The position numbers were made by a program, and so were the translations under genes. From Gemmatimonadota bacterium (GTDB lineage: Bacteria; Gemmatimonadota; Gemmatimonadetes; Gemmatimonadales; GWC2-71-9): a stretch of DNA of 64,000 nucleotides. The notes under the pieces were generated by a model, which did no database searches, had not been told where the DNA came from, and saw only the letters and a program-made list of their open reading frames with translations. The DNA lies in assembly GCA_043744895.1 (NCBI GenBank), contig JAYTTT010000271.1, positions 143-64,142 on the forward strand, in the 5' to 3' direction. Shown here one piece after another: positions 8,414 to 17,023 of the stretch. The stretch's first letter is position 1. Each line of letters starts with the position of its first letter.

Positions 8414-9986
8414 CGCGGCCGCCGACCCGGCCGGTTCGGAACAGAAGCAGAAGGGGCACCGCGGCCACGAACGCGATGCCCATGATCAGGAAGACCTTTT
8501 CGAAGGCGAGCACCCCCGCCTGCTTCCGAACCGCGAAGTCGACGAACGCCAGGGCTTTCTGGTGGGCCAGGTCGAGCGGATTTCCCATGGCCATGAACCG
8601 CCGAGTCGCGGCGTCGATCCGGCCGACGGCCGCGGGATCGGCGGTGGTAATGTGGGACCGGAGCCCCTCATAGGCACCCTCGGAGAACCGGCTGACCAGG
8701 CTGGCCACGATCGCAATCCCGAAACTTCCGCCTAACTGTCGCGACAGGCTGAACAGCCCGGTGCCCTGCCCTAACTGAGCCGGTTTCAGGTCGGCGACGG
8801 CGGCTTGGGTCAGCGGCGGGAAGATCAAACCGAGCCCAACGCCCCGAAAAATCAAAGGCCAGAGCAAATCCGGGGTCCCGGTTTCGCCGGTCAGCCGGGA
8901 ATGGAGCACCATCGACCAGAAGTAGAGGCCCACACCGACGACGATACTGGCCCGGACGTCGATCTTCGGGATGATCCGGCCCATGACCGCCATGGTCGCC
9001 GCGCTGGCGAGGGCCCCGGGGAGAATCACCCATCCGGTTTCTTCCGCCGAATAGCCGAGCACCCGCTGGAGAAATACCGGCAGGGCAAAGACGCTGGCGT
9101 AGAGAGCCACGCCTAACGCGCTCCCGAAGATGACTCCGCCCGCGAGTTGGCGATTCTTGAGAATCCGGAGATCGACGGCCGGATGCTCCGTGGTCAGCTC
9201 TTGCCAGATGAAGCCGAGAATCGCCCCGATCGCCACGACCGCCTCGATCTGGATTTCCACGGACTCGAACCAGCCCCGCGACTCGCCCCGCTCGAGGAAG
9301 ATCTGAAGCGCGCCGATCCCGGTGATGAGCAGCGCGATACCAAGCCAGTCGACTTCCCGGCTCCGCCGGGCCTGGTGGGACGGCTCCGGCACCAACCGCC
9401 AGCAGAGATAGCCTGCCAGGGCGCCAAGCGGCAGGTTGATGTAGAAGATCCAGGGCCAGTTGTAGTTGTCGGTGATCCACCCACCCAGCGTCGGACCGAG
9501 CGAGGGACCCACCATGACGCCGATCCCGAAGATCGCCATCCCGATCCCCCGCTCGTGGAGCGGGAAGATGTCGAACATGATGGCCTGCGCCGTCGCGATC
9601 AGGGCACCCCCGCCGATCCCCTGGATCACCCGCCACAACACCAAGCCCTCGAGCGACGAGGCGTTGCCGCAGAAATAGGAGGCGACGGTAAAGAGGGCAA
9701 TCGAGCCGACGTAGTAGTTCCGCCGGCCGAACCGGTCGGCAAACCACGGTGTCAGGGGCAACACGATGACGTTCGCCACGATGTAGCCGGTGCTGACCCA
9801 CGCGACTTCCTCGAGGGTGGCGCCGAGATTGCCCATCATGTGGGGGATGGCCACGTTGACGATGCTGGTATCGATCAACTCCAGCACGCTCGCGAGCGTC
9901 ACCGCGAAGGCGATCAGATACCGGGCCCGGTAGACCCGCGCTCGCTCCGGGGTCTCGAAGCCTAACGGCAGCGCGGCGGTGGTCAC
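8370..9986 (-). CDS. MFS transporter, DHA2 (EmrB/QacA) drug-efflux family
   Basis: 538 aa with about 14 TM segments. Motifs: LIDTSIVNVAIPHM, GRRNYYVGSIALFTVAS, GIGGGAL. Its 3' end overlaps the convergent gene by 44 nt. Confidence 0.8.
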   Translation of the reverse strand: MTTAALPLGFETPERARVYRARYLIAFAVTLASVLELIDTSIVNVAIPHMMGNLGATLEEVAWVSTGYIVANVIVLPLTPWFADRFGRRNYYVGSIALFTVASYFCGNASSLEGLVLWRVIQGIGGGALIATAQAIMFDIFPLHERGIGMAIFGIGVMVGPSLGPTLGGWITDNYNWPWIFYINLPLGALAGYLCWRLVPEPSHQARRSREVDWLGIALLITGIGALQIFLERGESRGWFESVEIQIEAVVAIGAILGFIWQELTTEHPAVDLRILKNRQLAGGVIFGSALGVALYASVFALPVFLQRVLGYSAEETGWVILPGALASAATMAVMGRIIPKIDVRASIVVGVGLYFWSMVLHSRLTGETGTPDLLWPLIFRGVGLGLIFPPLTQAAVADLKPAQLGQGTGLFSLSRQLGGSFGIAIVASLVSRFSEGAYEGLRSHITTADPAAVGRIDAATRRFMAMGNPLDLAHQKALAFVDFAVRKQAGVLAFEKVFLIMGIAFVAAVPLLLLFRTGRVGGRAMAPTRSSSARSER

Positions 9987-9992
9987 CCTGGA

Positions 9993-11072
9993 CTACTGGG
10001 CCGCGATCCGGACATCGACCGACATCCCGGGCCGGAGCGGATGGGCTGGATCGCCGGCGCCGGTAATGGCAATCCGCACCGGCAGCCGCTGGACCACTTT
10101 GGTGAAGTTGCCGGTCGCATTGTCAGGCGGCAGCAGCGCAAACCGGGCGCCGGTGGCCGGGCTCAAGCTCTCCACGGTGCCGGCAAACGCCCGGCCCGGA
10201 TAGGCGTCGACCGAGAACTCCACTGCGTTGCCGATGACGACCCGGCTCAGCTGGGTTTCCTTGAGATTGGCCGTAACCCAGACGTCCTTTTCCGGAACGA
10301 TCATCATCAACGACTGACCGACCGCCACCAACACCCCGGGCTCCACCGCTCGTTTGGCAACCACGCCATCGTCATGGGCCAGGATGACGGTGTACCCCAA
10401 TTGAAGGCGCGCGCTGACGAGGGCCGACCGCGCCGCCGCCAGCCGGGCCTCCGCTACCCTGATGCCGGCCGAGGCGAAGTCAGTCTGGCTGACGGCGGCC
10501 GTGGCTTGGCGCTCGGCGGCCGCCAGCATGGCCCGGGCGTTGTCCACTGCCCACTGAGCCTGATCGAACTGCAGCGCCGAGACGATCTTCATCGCGGCCA
10601 GGCCCCGGTACCGTTCCAGTTCAGCCTCGGCCTTTCGGAGACTGGCCCGGGCGATCTCAATATTGGCGGCCGCCCCACCCGCGGTGGCCTCACTGGTGGC
10701 CCGGGCCGCCCGAGCCTGGCCGACATCGGCCCGAGTTCCGAGCGCCGCAACCACGCTCGCCAGGTCCGCTTGGGCCTGATCAACCCGCACTTCGAAGTCG
10801 CGGCCGTCAAGCACCACCAGCGTATCACCGGCTTTGACCCGCTGATTGTCCTCGACCAAGACCCGCGACACGAAGGCCGACACCCGAGGCGCCACGGCGC
10901 TGATGTGGCCGTCGATCTGGGCATTGTCCGTCGTGACATAGCGGCGGTTGAACTCAAGCCGCCGCCAGGCGAACACCCCGCCGCTCACGACCAAGAGGGC
11001 GAGCACCACCAGGGGAGCCCGGGAGCGCTTCGGTGCAACGAGCGCCGGTTGTTCCAAGCCGATTGCCGTCAT
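9993..11072 (-). CDS. HlyD/EmrA-family membrane fusion protein
   Basis: 359 aa. N-terminal TM segment, YVTTDNAQIDGHI, coiled-coil middle, and GMSVDVRI at the C-terminus. Confidence 0.8.
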   Translation of the reverse strand: MTAIGLEQPALVAPKRSRAPLVVLALLVVSGGVFAWRRLEFNRRYVTTDNAQIDGHISAVAPRVSAFVSRVLVEDNQRVKAGDTLVVLDGRDFEVRVDQAQADLASVVAALGTRADVGQARAARATSEATAGGAAANIEIARASLRKAEAELERYRGLAAMKIVSALQFDQAQWAVDNARAMLAAAERQATAAVSQTDFASAGIRVAEARLAAARSALVSARLQLGYTVILAHDDGVVAKRAVEPGVLVAVGQSLMMIVPEKDVWVTANLKETQLSRVVIGNAVEFSVDAYPGRAFAGTVESLSPATGARFALLPPDNATGNFTKVVQRLPVRIAITGAGDPAHPLRPGMSVDVRIAAQ

Positions 11073-12358
11073 CGCTGATTCCTCATCTGGTCGAGAACGC
11101 CGAGGGCCCGCAAGGCATTGACGCGGGCCAAGGCCAAGCCAACCCGTCCCTGGATCATCGCGTCCCGCGCGGTGACGAGCCCGCCCTGCGCGGTTACCGT
11201 CTCGAGGCTGCCGGCCACCCCCGCTTTGAACCGTTCCTCGACCTGGCGGAGTTCCCGCTCGGCTAACGCGCCCCGCTCTTCGGCCAACGCCGCCTGTTCC
11301 CGGGCGGTGGCCAGGTCGAGCAGCGCTTGCCGCGCGTCGGTGTCGATCTGACGTTCGAGATCGTGAACCCGGAGCGCTTGTGCCTCGATCCGGAGCCCTT
11401 GTTCGCGCGACCGAAGCTGGCGACGGAATCCATCGAGGATCGGGACCGTGAGCCCGAGTTGCACCGCGTAGGTGCCCTTGAGATTGCCGGCGTCCTTGCC
11501 GCTCTCCGAGTAGGCGCCGCTCGCCACCACACTCGGCAGGTACTCCGCTCGAATCGCGGCCCGGCCCCGCTCCAAGACGGCGAGCCGCTGCCGTTCCGCT
11601 CGGAGATCGCTGCGATGATCGAGTCCAAAACGAACGGCGGCCGCGGCATCGGCCGGCAACCCGGCCGTGGCCTCGTCCAACGAGCGGGACAAGACGAGCG
11701 CGGTGTCGGGCGGAAGGTCGACGGTGCGGAGCAGATCGAGCCGGGTCCGAGCGCGTTGGTTCCGGGCCACGGCAAGTTGGGCTCGGACCGACGCGACTTG
11801 CACCTCGGAGCGGGTCAGGTCGATCGCGGGAATGACCCCGGCCTTGAGCGCCTCCCGGGATCCCTGAAGCAACCGGGTCGCCACCACGCTGTCGGCTTCC
11901 CGGGCCACCACGGTTTCCTCAGCACTCACCGCCCGGAGGAACGCAATCCCGGCCGTGGTGCCGGCCAGCAGTCCCGCGGTTTCCACGTCGAGGCCGGCCG
12001 CGACCACGGAGTCCTTGGCGGCCCGGAGCCGTGCGAAGGCCGCCGGGTCGAGCACAGTTTGGCTGGCGCGGAGCTGAAAAACGAAGACCGTGAACGGATC
12101 GGTCACCCCCTTGGCAAAGGGGAGCCCAAACTCGTCGAGGTTTTTGGTCTGCCGGCTCGTGGTGCCCCCAAAAGAAACGTTAGGCAGGACCTCGGCGCGA
12201 CGCTGGCCGGCCCGCGCCTCCGCCACTCTGGCGCCCAGACCGGCCAGCGTCACCGCGACCGCCCGGGACCGGCCGAGTTCGATGGCACCGGTCAGCGTCA
12301 GGGAATCGGCGGCACCGGGCTGGGCTTGGAGAACCAGGAGCAGAACCAGAGCGATCAT
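11069..12358 (-). CDS. TolC-family outer-membrane efflux protein
   Basis: 429 aa. Duplicated OEP repeats with 4-nt overlaps to both neighbours. Confidence 0.75.
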   Translation of the reverse strand: MIALVLLLVLQAQPGAADSLTLTGAIELGRSRAVAVTLAGLGARVAEARAGQRRAEVLPNVSFGGTTSRQTKNLDEFGLPFAKGVTDPFTVFVFQLRASQTVLDPAAFARLRAAKDSVVAAGLDVETAGLLAGTTAGIAFLRAVSAEETVVAREADSVVATRLLQGSREALKAGVIPAIDLTRSEVQVASVRAQLAVARNQRARTRLDLLRTVDLPPDTALVLSRSLDEATAGLPADAAAAVRFGLDHRSDLRAERQRLAVLERGRAAIRAEYLPSVVASGAYSESGKDAGNLKGTYAVQLGLTVPILDGFRRQLRSREQGLRIEAQALRVHDLERQIDTDARQALLDLATAREQAALAEERGALAERELRQVEERFKAGVAGSLETVTAQGGLVTARDAMIQGRVGLALARVNALRALGVLDQMRNQR

Positions 12359-13017
12359 GATCGGGCCTTCCGGAGCGGAGGCGATTGGTTGATCCCGTGG
12401 AACACCAGATCGAGGATGCCCTCGATCAAGGCGTCGTCGGACAGGAAGTCGGGATCGTGGGGCCCGAACACCCGCTGATACATCGCCCCGTGCACGATCA
12501 TCGAGGCAATGCCGCGAAGGGCCGGGACCGGCGGAATCCGGCGGAAGTCGCCCCGGTCGACGCCCCGCTCGAAAATGACCCGCAACAGCCGGCGACCCCG
12601 GAGAATGACCTCCTCCAGGTAGAAGCGGGCGAGTTCAGGGAACCTGGTCGCCTCGGCGTGGATGACGCGGTTGATCTGGACCATGTCCGGCGTGGCCGCC
12701 CACCACCGCCGAATGATTTCGGCGAGGAGCTCGCGCGGGGGGTTGGCCGAAGCGGCCACGGTCGCTTCGGCAAAGGCGAGGTGCTCCGATACCCTCTGGC
12801 GAACCATGGCCCGGAACAGTGCGTCCTTCGAATCGAAATAGAGGTAGACGGTTCCCTTGCTCACGCCGGCCCGCTTGGCCACGTCCTCGAGCTTGGCCTG
12901 GGCGTAGCCGAGGTCTCCGAATACCTGGACCGCGGCCGTCATCAGTTCTTCGCGGCGCGCTTCAGGACGGCGATGCCACCGGGGCCCTGGTGGTTTCGCG
13001 ACAATCCGGGTTGGCAT
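12355..13017 (-). CDS. TetR/AcrR-family transcriptional regulator
   Basis: 220 aa. HTH: RREELMTAAVQVFGDLGYAQAKLEDVAKRAGVSKGTVYLYFDSKDALF. First gene of the efflux operon. Confidence 0.8.
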   Translation of the reverse strand: MPTRIVAKPPGPRWHRRPEARREELMTAAVQVFGDLGYAQAKLEDVAKRAGVSKGTVYLYFDSKDALFRAMVRQRVSEHLAFAEATVAASANPPRELLAEIIRRWWAATPDMVQINRVIHAEATRFPELARFYLEEVILRGRRLLRVIFERGVDRGDFRRIPPVPALRGIASMIVHGAMYQRVFGPHDPDFLSDDALIEGILDLVFHGINQSPPLRKARS

Positions 13018-13065
13018 CCTGGCTCTCAGTAAATGACCGGCGGGTAAGATACTCGGTGGCGGTCG

Positions 13066-14454
13066 TTACGCCAGGGCGCCGCCAAGCTCGGCGGCCACTC
13101 GCCCTAGGGTATCCTGCCAGGTGTCGGGAGCGTGGCGGGGAATAACCCGGAGGGTCGGGAACCACGGGCTCGCGGTCTCACTGAAGGCGGTCCAATCGCT
13201 GCCGAGGTTCGGCTGCCAGGTGGGCAAACCGAGTCCGCCCGCGAATGCACTGACCAAGGTGGGGGCCGTGACGACCGCATCGAGTTCTGCCATCAGCGCG
13301 ACGACGGTTTCCAAGTCATTCCGGAGATCTTCGCCGGGCCACCGATGGATCCGGATCCCGAACCGGCGTTCCGCCTCGACCAGCTCGGCTTCACAGTCGT
13401 CGTACTGGAGGTTGATCCACTGGCAATCCCCGAGGGCGAACAGCGAGCCCCAATCGGTCAGGCTCGAGTAGAAGCGACGGCGATCGTCGGTCATGAGGCC
13501 GCTCCGCCAGCAGATCCCGATCCGGGGGCCGGCCGGAAGCGTCGCCAGTCTGGTCTGCCACTTCGCGGCCGAGGTGGCGTCGGCAATCAGAAACGCGCTC
13601 CGAGCTGGAAAACGTTCCCGGCTGGTGCGGAGCAGGCGCGGGAGTGAGCCGAGCGGAATGTGGTAGTCGATCGGGCGGACATCGGCGGGCAGGACGAGCC
13701 GGGTGGTTCCTGGGTCGGGAACAACCGTGACGGCGGGAAAAGCCCGCTGGAGCATGGTCGTTAGGCGCGGAGTGGCGATCAGCGTGAGGGACACCCCGTC
13801 GACGACCAGGTCCGGAAGACAGGTGGCGAAGAGAAGTTCGTCGCCGAGGCCTTGCTCTCGCCATACCACCAGGTGTTTGCCGGCCAGCGGCTCGCCCCGC
13901 CAGATCGGGGCGTCGGCCCGCGAAGCCGGATCGAGCTGCTGTTTTTTCCAGCGCCATTCGAACTGGGCCCAGCCCTCGTCGAGTTGCCACTGCGCCAGCA
14001 AGGCCATCGACAGGTTCCACTGGGCGTCCGCGGCGTTCGGATCGAGCGCGACGGCCCGGCGGAAGGCGGCGGCGGCCCCGCTCCAGTCCCCAGCCGCGAG
14101 CCGCGCATTTCCGAGATTGAAATAGCCCACCGCTCGCTCCGGGCCCGCCTCAATGGCGCGGCCGTAGCTCCGGATCGCCTCACCGAAGTCACCAAGCCGC
14201 TCCTGCATGGCGCCGAGGTTGAGCCAGGCATCGGCCGCCTCGGGACGAAGCTCCGCGGCCCGGCCAAAGTGGACGGCCGCCTCAGGAGTATCGCCGCGCT
14301 CGTGGAGGAGTTGCGCGAGGTTGAAGTGAGCCGGCGCCAACTCGGGGTTGTGACCGACGGATTTCTGATACCACCCGATCGCCTCATGGACCCGGCCCGC
14401 CTGCTGGGCGGCCAGCCCGCGCTGAAATGCGGTCAGTCCATCGCGGTCCGCCAT
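13066..14454 (-). CDS. TPR-repeat protein with C-terminal GT9-like (FlmG-like) putative glycosyltransferase module, paralog 1
   Basis: 462 aa. About 4-5 TPRs, then a ~300-aa module: LVVWREQGLGDELLFATCLPDLV, RIGICWRSG, YSSLTDW, QWINLQYDDCEAEL, RIHRWPGEDLRNDLE. Confidence 0.6.
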   Translation of the reverse strand: MADRDGLTAFQRGLAAQQAGRVHEAIGWYQKSVGHNPELAPAHFNLAQLLHERGDTPEAAVHFGRAAELRPEAADAWLNLGAMQERLGDFGEAIRSYGRAIEAGPERAVGYFNLGNARLAAGDWSGAAAAFRRAVALDPNAADAQWNLSMALLAQWQLDEGWAQFEWRWKKQQLDPASRADAPIWRGEPLAGKHLVVWREQGLGDELLFATCLPDLVVDGVSLTLIATPRLTTMLQRAFPAVTVVPDPGTTRLVLPADVRPIDYHIPLGSLPRLLRTSRERFPARSAFLIADATSAAKWQTRLATLPAGPRIGICWRSGLMTDDRRRFYSSLTDWGSLFALGDCQWINLQYDDCEAELVEAERRFGIRIHRWPGEDLRNDLETVVALMAELDAVVTAPTLVSAFAGGLGLPTWQPNLGSDWTAFSETASPWFPTLRVIPRHAPDTWQDTLGRVAAELGGALA

Positions 14455-14457
14455 GAC

Positions 14458-16344
14458 TCAGCCTCGATGAACGAGACTCACCTGCACGGTCACCTCGCTG
14501 GCCACCCGGGCGAGGAGGCCCTCCCAGCCTTCTTTCCGGTCGAGCCAGGCCATCCGAACCGCCGGGAGCCACGGATTGCGGTCTTCACCGAAAACGCTCC
14601 ATTCGCTGCCGCTATCCACCTGCCAGGTCGGGATGCCCAATGCACCGGCGAGCGCCACGACAGCCGTTGGGGCGGTGACCACCCGGTCGAGATGGCTGAG
14701 CAGGCCAACCACACTCTCGAGATCGTCCTTGAGATCGACATCGGCCCAGCGGTGAATCCTCACTCCGAACCGGGCCTCCGCTTCGACCAGCTCGGCCTCG
14801 CACTGATCGTACTGCAAGTTGATCCACTGAATTCCCGGAAGGGCAAACAGCTTGCGCCACTGGGTGAGCGAGGAATAGTGGCGAAGCCGCTGGGGGGTCA
14901 TCAGCCCGCTTCGCCAACAGATTCCGATCCGTGGTCCTGGCGGCAGTGTCGCGAGCCGGACGGCCCAGGCCTCGCGGGTGTCCGGGCGTGGCGTGAGGTA
15001 GGGCGCGCTGGTCGCGAAGCGGTCTCGGGTGCGGCGAAGATGGCGCGGCAACGAACCGAGCGGCACGTGATAGCCATGAGGCTCAAGCGCGGCAACGGCG
15101 TCGGGAAGATCCGGGGTCACCTGAACCGTGGGGAACGCCCGGGCGAAGAGACTGGTCAGCCTTGGGCTTGCCACCAGGGTGACTTGGGCGCCCCGGGAAA
15201 TCAGATCCGGCAGGCAGGTCGCGAACAACAACTCGTCGCCGATGCCCTGCTCCCGCCAGACCAGCAAACGCTGGCCATCGATCGGCTCGCCTTCCCATCG
15301 CGGCATCGAAAAATTACGGGGCTCCGGTCGCGCCGCTTCGGTTTGAAAGCGCCATTCGTATTCATCCCAGCCTTCGCCAAGCCGGCCGGCGCCGAGCAGC
15401 GTAAACGATCGGTTCCAGTGAGCCTGCGCCAACTCAGGGGCCAGGGCCACAGCTCGCTCGTGGGCCTCGAGCGCCGGAACGGTCTCGTCGAGATCGTCGA
15501 GCAGGTTGGCGAGGCTCGACCACGCTTCGGGCGAATCCGGTTCGAGTACAATTGCCCGCCGATAGTCGGCGAGCGCGGCGACCAGGTTCTCGAACGCCCG
15601 ATGACAGTTGGCGCGGTTGAGGTAACCACCGGCCCGTTCGGGCGCGAGCGCCACGGCTTGCTCCGCATGTTCGAGGGCGGGTTGAAGGTCGCCCTGCTCG
15701 AGGAGTGCGGTGGCCAGGTTGGTGTGGATTTCGAGCCGATCGGGCTCGAGCGCCAGCGCGGTGCGGTACGCGACCACTGCAGGCTCCAGCATCTCCCGGG
15801 CCTGGAGTGCGGTGCCGAGCAGGAACAGCCCCTCCATGTCATTAGGCCGTTCGTGGAGTGCCGCAAGCAAGTGGGTGGTCGCTCCGACCGCATCACCGCG
15901 CCGGAGCGCGACAAGCCCGAGGACCCGGCTAGCCATCGCGTTGCCCGGATCGGCCGCGAGGACATCGGCCACGAGGGCCTCCGCCTCCACCAACTGTCGA
16001 TCGCCGGCCAAGAGCCAAGCCAGGGCCAACTCGGTGTTCCGGTTCTCGGGCGCCAACCGCCGGGCTTCCCGATACGCGTCGATCGCGTCACCGATCAGGC
16101 CCCGCCGTTCGAGCAAGGTTCCCAACTCAGTGTGCCACTCCGGGCGACCGTCGTCCCGGGCAATGGCCTGCCCCATGAGCGACAGAGCCAAATCCGTTTC
16201 GCCAAGCCGGCTGATGGCGTGACCGAGCTGAAACAACACCGGCGGGTCGTCCGGCCGCTCTTCGAGCACTCGGCAGAACGTGGCCGCGGCCGCGGCCGGA
16301 TCGTTGGCATCGAGCAGCGCGAGACCTTCTTCGAATGTCGCCAT
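14458..16344 (-). CDS. TPR-repeat protein with C-terminal GT9-like (FlmG-like) module, paralog 2
   Basis: 628 aa. About 9 TPRs plus the same C-terminal module (LLVWREQGIGDELLFATCLPDLI, RIGICWRSG, YSSLTQW, QWINLQYDQCEAEL). Confidence 0.6.
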   Translation of the reverse strand: MATFEEGLALLDANDPAAAAATFCRVLEERPDDPPVLFQLGHAISRLGETDLALSLMGQAIARDDGRPEWHTELGTLLERRGLIGDAIDAYREARRLAPENRNTELALAWLLAGDRQLVEAEALVADVLAADPGNAMASRVLGLVALRRGDAVGATTHLLAALHERPNDMEGLFLLGTALQAREMLEPAVVAYRTALALEPDRLEIHTNLATALLEQGDLQPALEHAEQAVALAPERAGGYLNRANCHRAFENLVAALADYRRAIVLEPDSPEAWSSLANLLDDLDETVPALEAHERAVALAPELAQAHWNRSFTLLGAGRLGEGWDEYEWRFQTEAARPEPRNFSMPRWEGEPIDGQRLLVWREQGIGDELLFATCLPDLISRGAQVTLVASPRLTSLFARAFPTVQVTPDLPDAVAALEPHGYHVPLGSLPRHLRRTRDRFATSAPYLTPRPDTREAWAVRLATLPPGPRIGICWRSGLMTPQRLRHYSSLTQWRKLFALPGIQWINLQYDQCEAELVEAEARFGVRIHRWADVDLKDDLESVVGLLSHLDRVVTAPTAVVALAGALGIPTWQVDSGSEWSVFGEDRNPWLPAVRMAWLDRKEGWEGLLARVASEVTVQVSLVHRG

Positions 16345-16351
16345 GATGGGG

Positions 16352-17023
16352 TCAGCGCCCGTCCGGCTGCTGGTCCAGCAGAGCCACCTGGTCGACCAGG
16401 TCGGGCCCGCCGAATGCCGCCGAGTAAGGGAAGGTGCGATGCTCGATCCGCTTCAAGGTTGGAAACAACGCTTCGTAGGCCGCCGCAAAGTCCCGTTTCC
16501 ACATCAGGCCCTGCTGACCGTGATACCTCACCTCGGTCGGGGTCTCGGCAAAGTATTCGTGCAGGAAAATGTATCGGCGGCTGACCCGCCCGATCTCGGC
16601 CATGGCCCGGGGCAGGTCGGCCGGCGCGATGTGGATCAAGACGCCGTTCGTCATGACCAGATCGAATGAGGCGTCGGGAAACGGCAGATCGAGCGCGTTC
16701 CCCTGATGGAAGGTCAGGGCCGGCGCCAGGGCGCGGGCCTTCTCGACCGCGTAGCTCTGCGGTTCGAGTCCGTGGATCTCGAGCCGCGGGTTGAGCGCGG
16801 CCAGGGTCCGAACCTGGAGCCCGATGTTGCAGCCGACCTCGAGGACCCGGCCGCTCGGAACCCGATTCTTGAGGAAGGCCCGATAGATCTCGGTCTTGCT
16901 GATTCCGAGTTGGCCGGCGGCTTCGGTATCCATCTGCTCGAGCGTGAGATTGTTCCGATCGGTGTACTCGCGGCCGAAACTGGAGGTCCAACTGTCGAGT
17001 TGGGCGGTGCTGCTGGCACTCAT
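16352..17023 (-). CDS. Pseudaminic-acid-biosynthesis-associated methylase-like SAM methyltransferase
   Basis: 223 aa. FGREYTDRN, VLEVGCNIGLQ, EPQSYAVEKA, TNGVLIHIAPADLP and YHGQQGLMWKRDF match my recollection of the TIGR03587-type family. Confidence 0.65.
   Translation of the reverse strand: MSASSTAQLDSWTSSFGREYTDRNNLTLEQMDTEAAGQLGISKTEIYRAFLKNRVPSGRVLEVGCNIGLQVRTLAALNPRLEIHGLEPQSYAVEKARALAPALTFHQGNALDLPFPDASFDLVMTNGVLIHIAPADLPRAMAEIGRVSRRYIFLHEYFAETPTEVRYHGQQGLMWKRDFAAAYEALFPTLKRIEHRTFPYSAAFGGPDLVDQVALLDQQPDGR

Noticed and set aside
13852-16584. A 910-aa plus-strand ORF. Similar long antisense ORFs occur at 24557-26728 (723 aa), 5524-5958 and 9147-9965.
   Set aside because: They run antisense to genes with clear family motifs. 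Their composition is Arg/Gly/Pro-rich low complexity and they have no recognisable domains. This is the usual stop-codon-poor antisense frame of a high-G+C genome.
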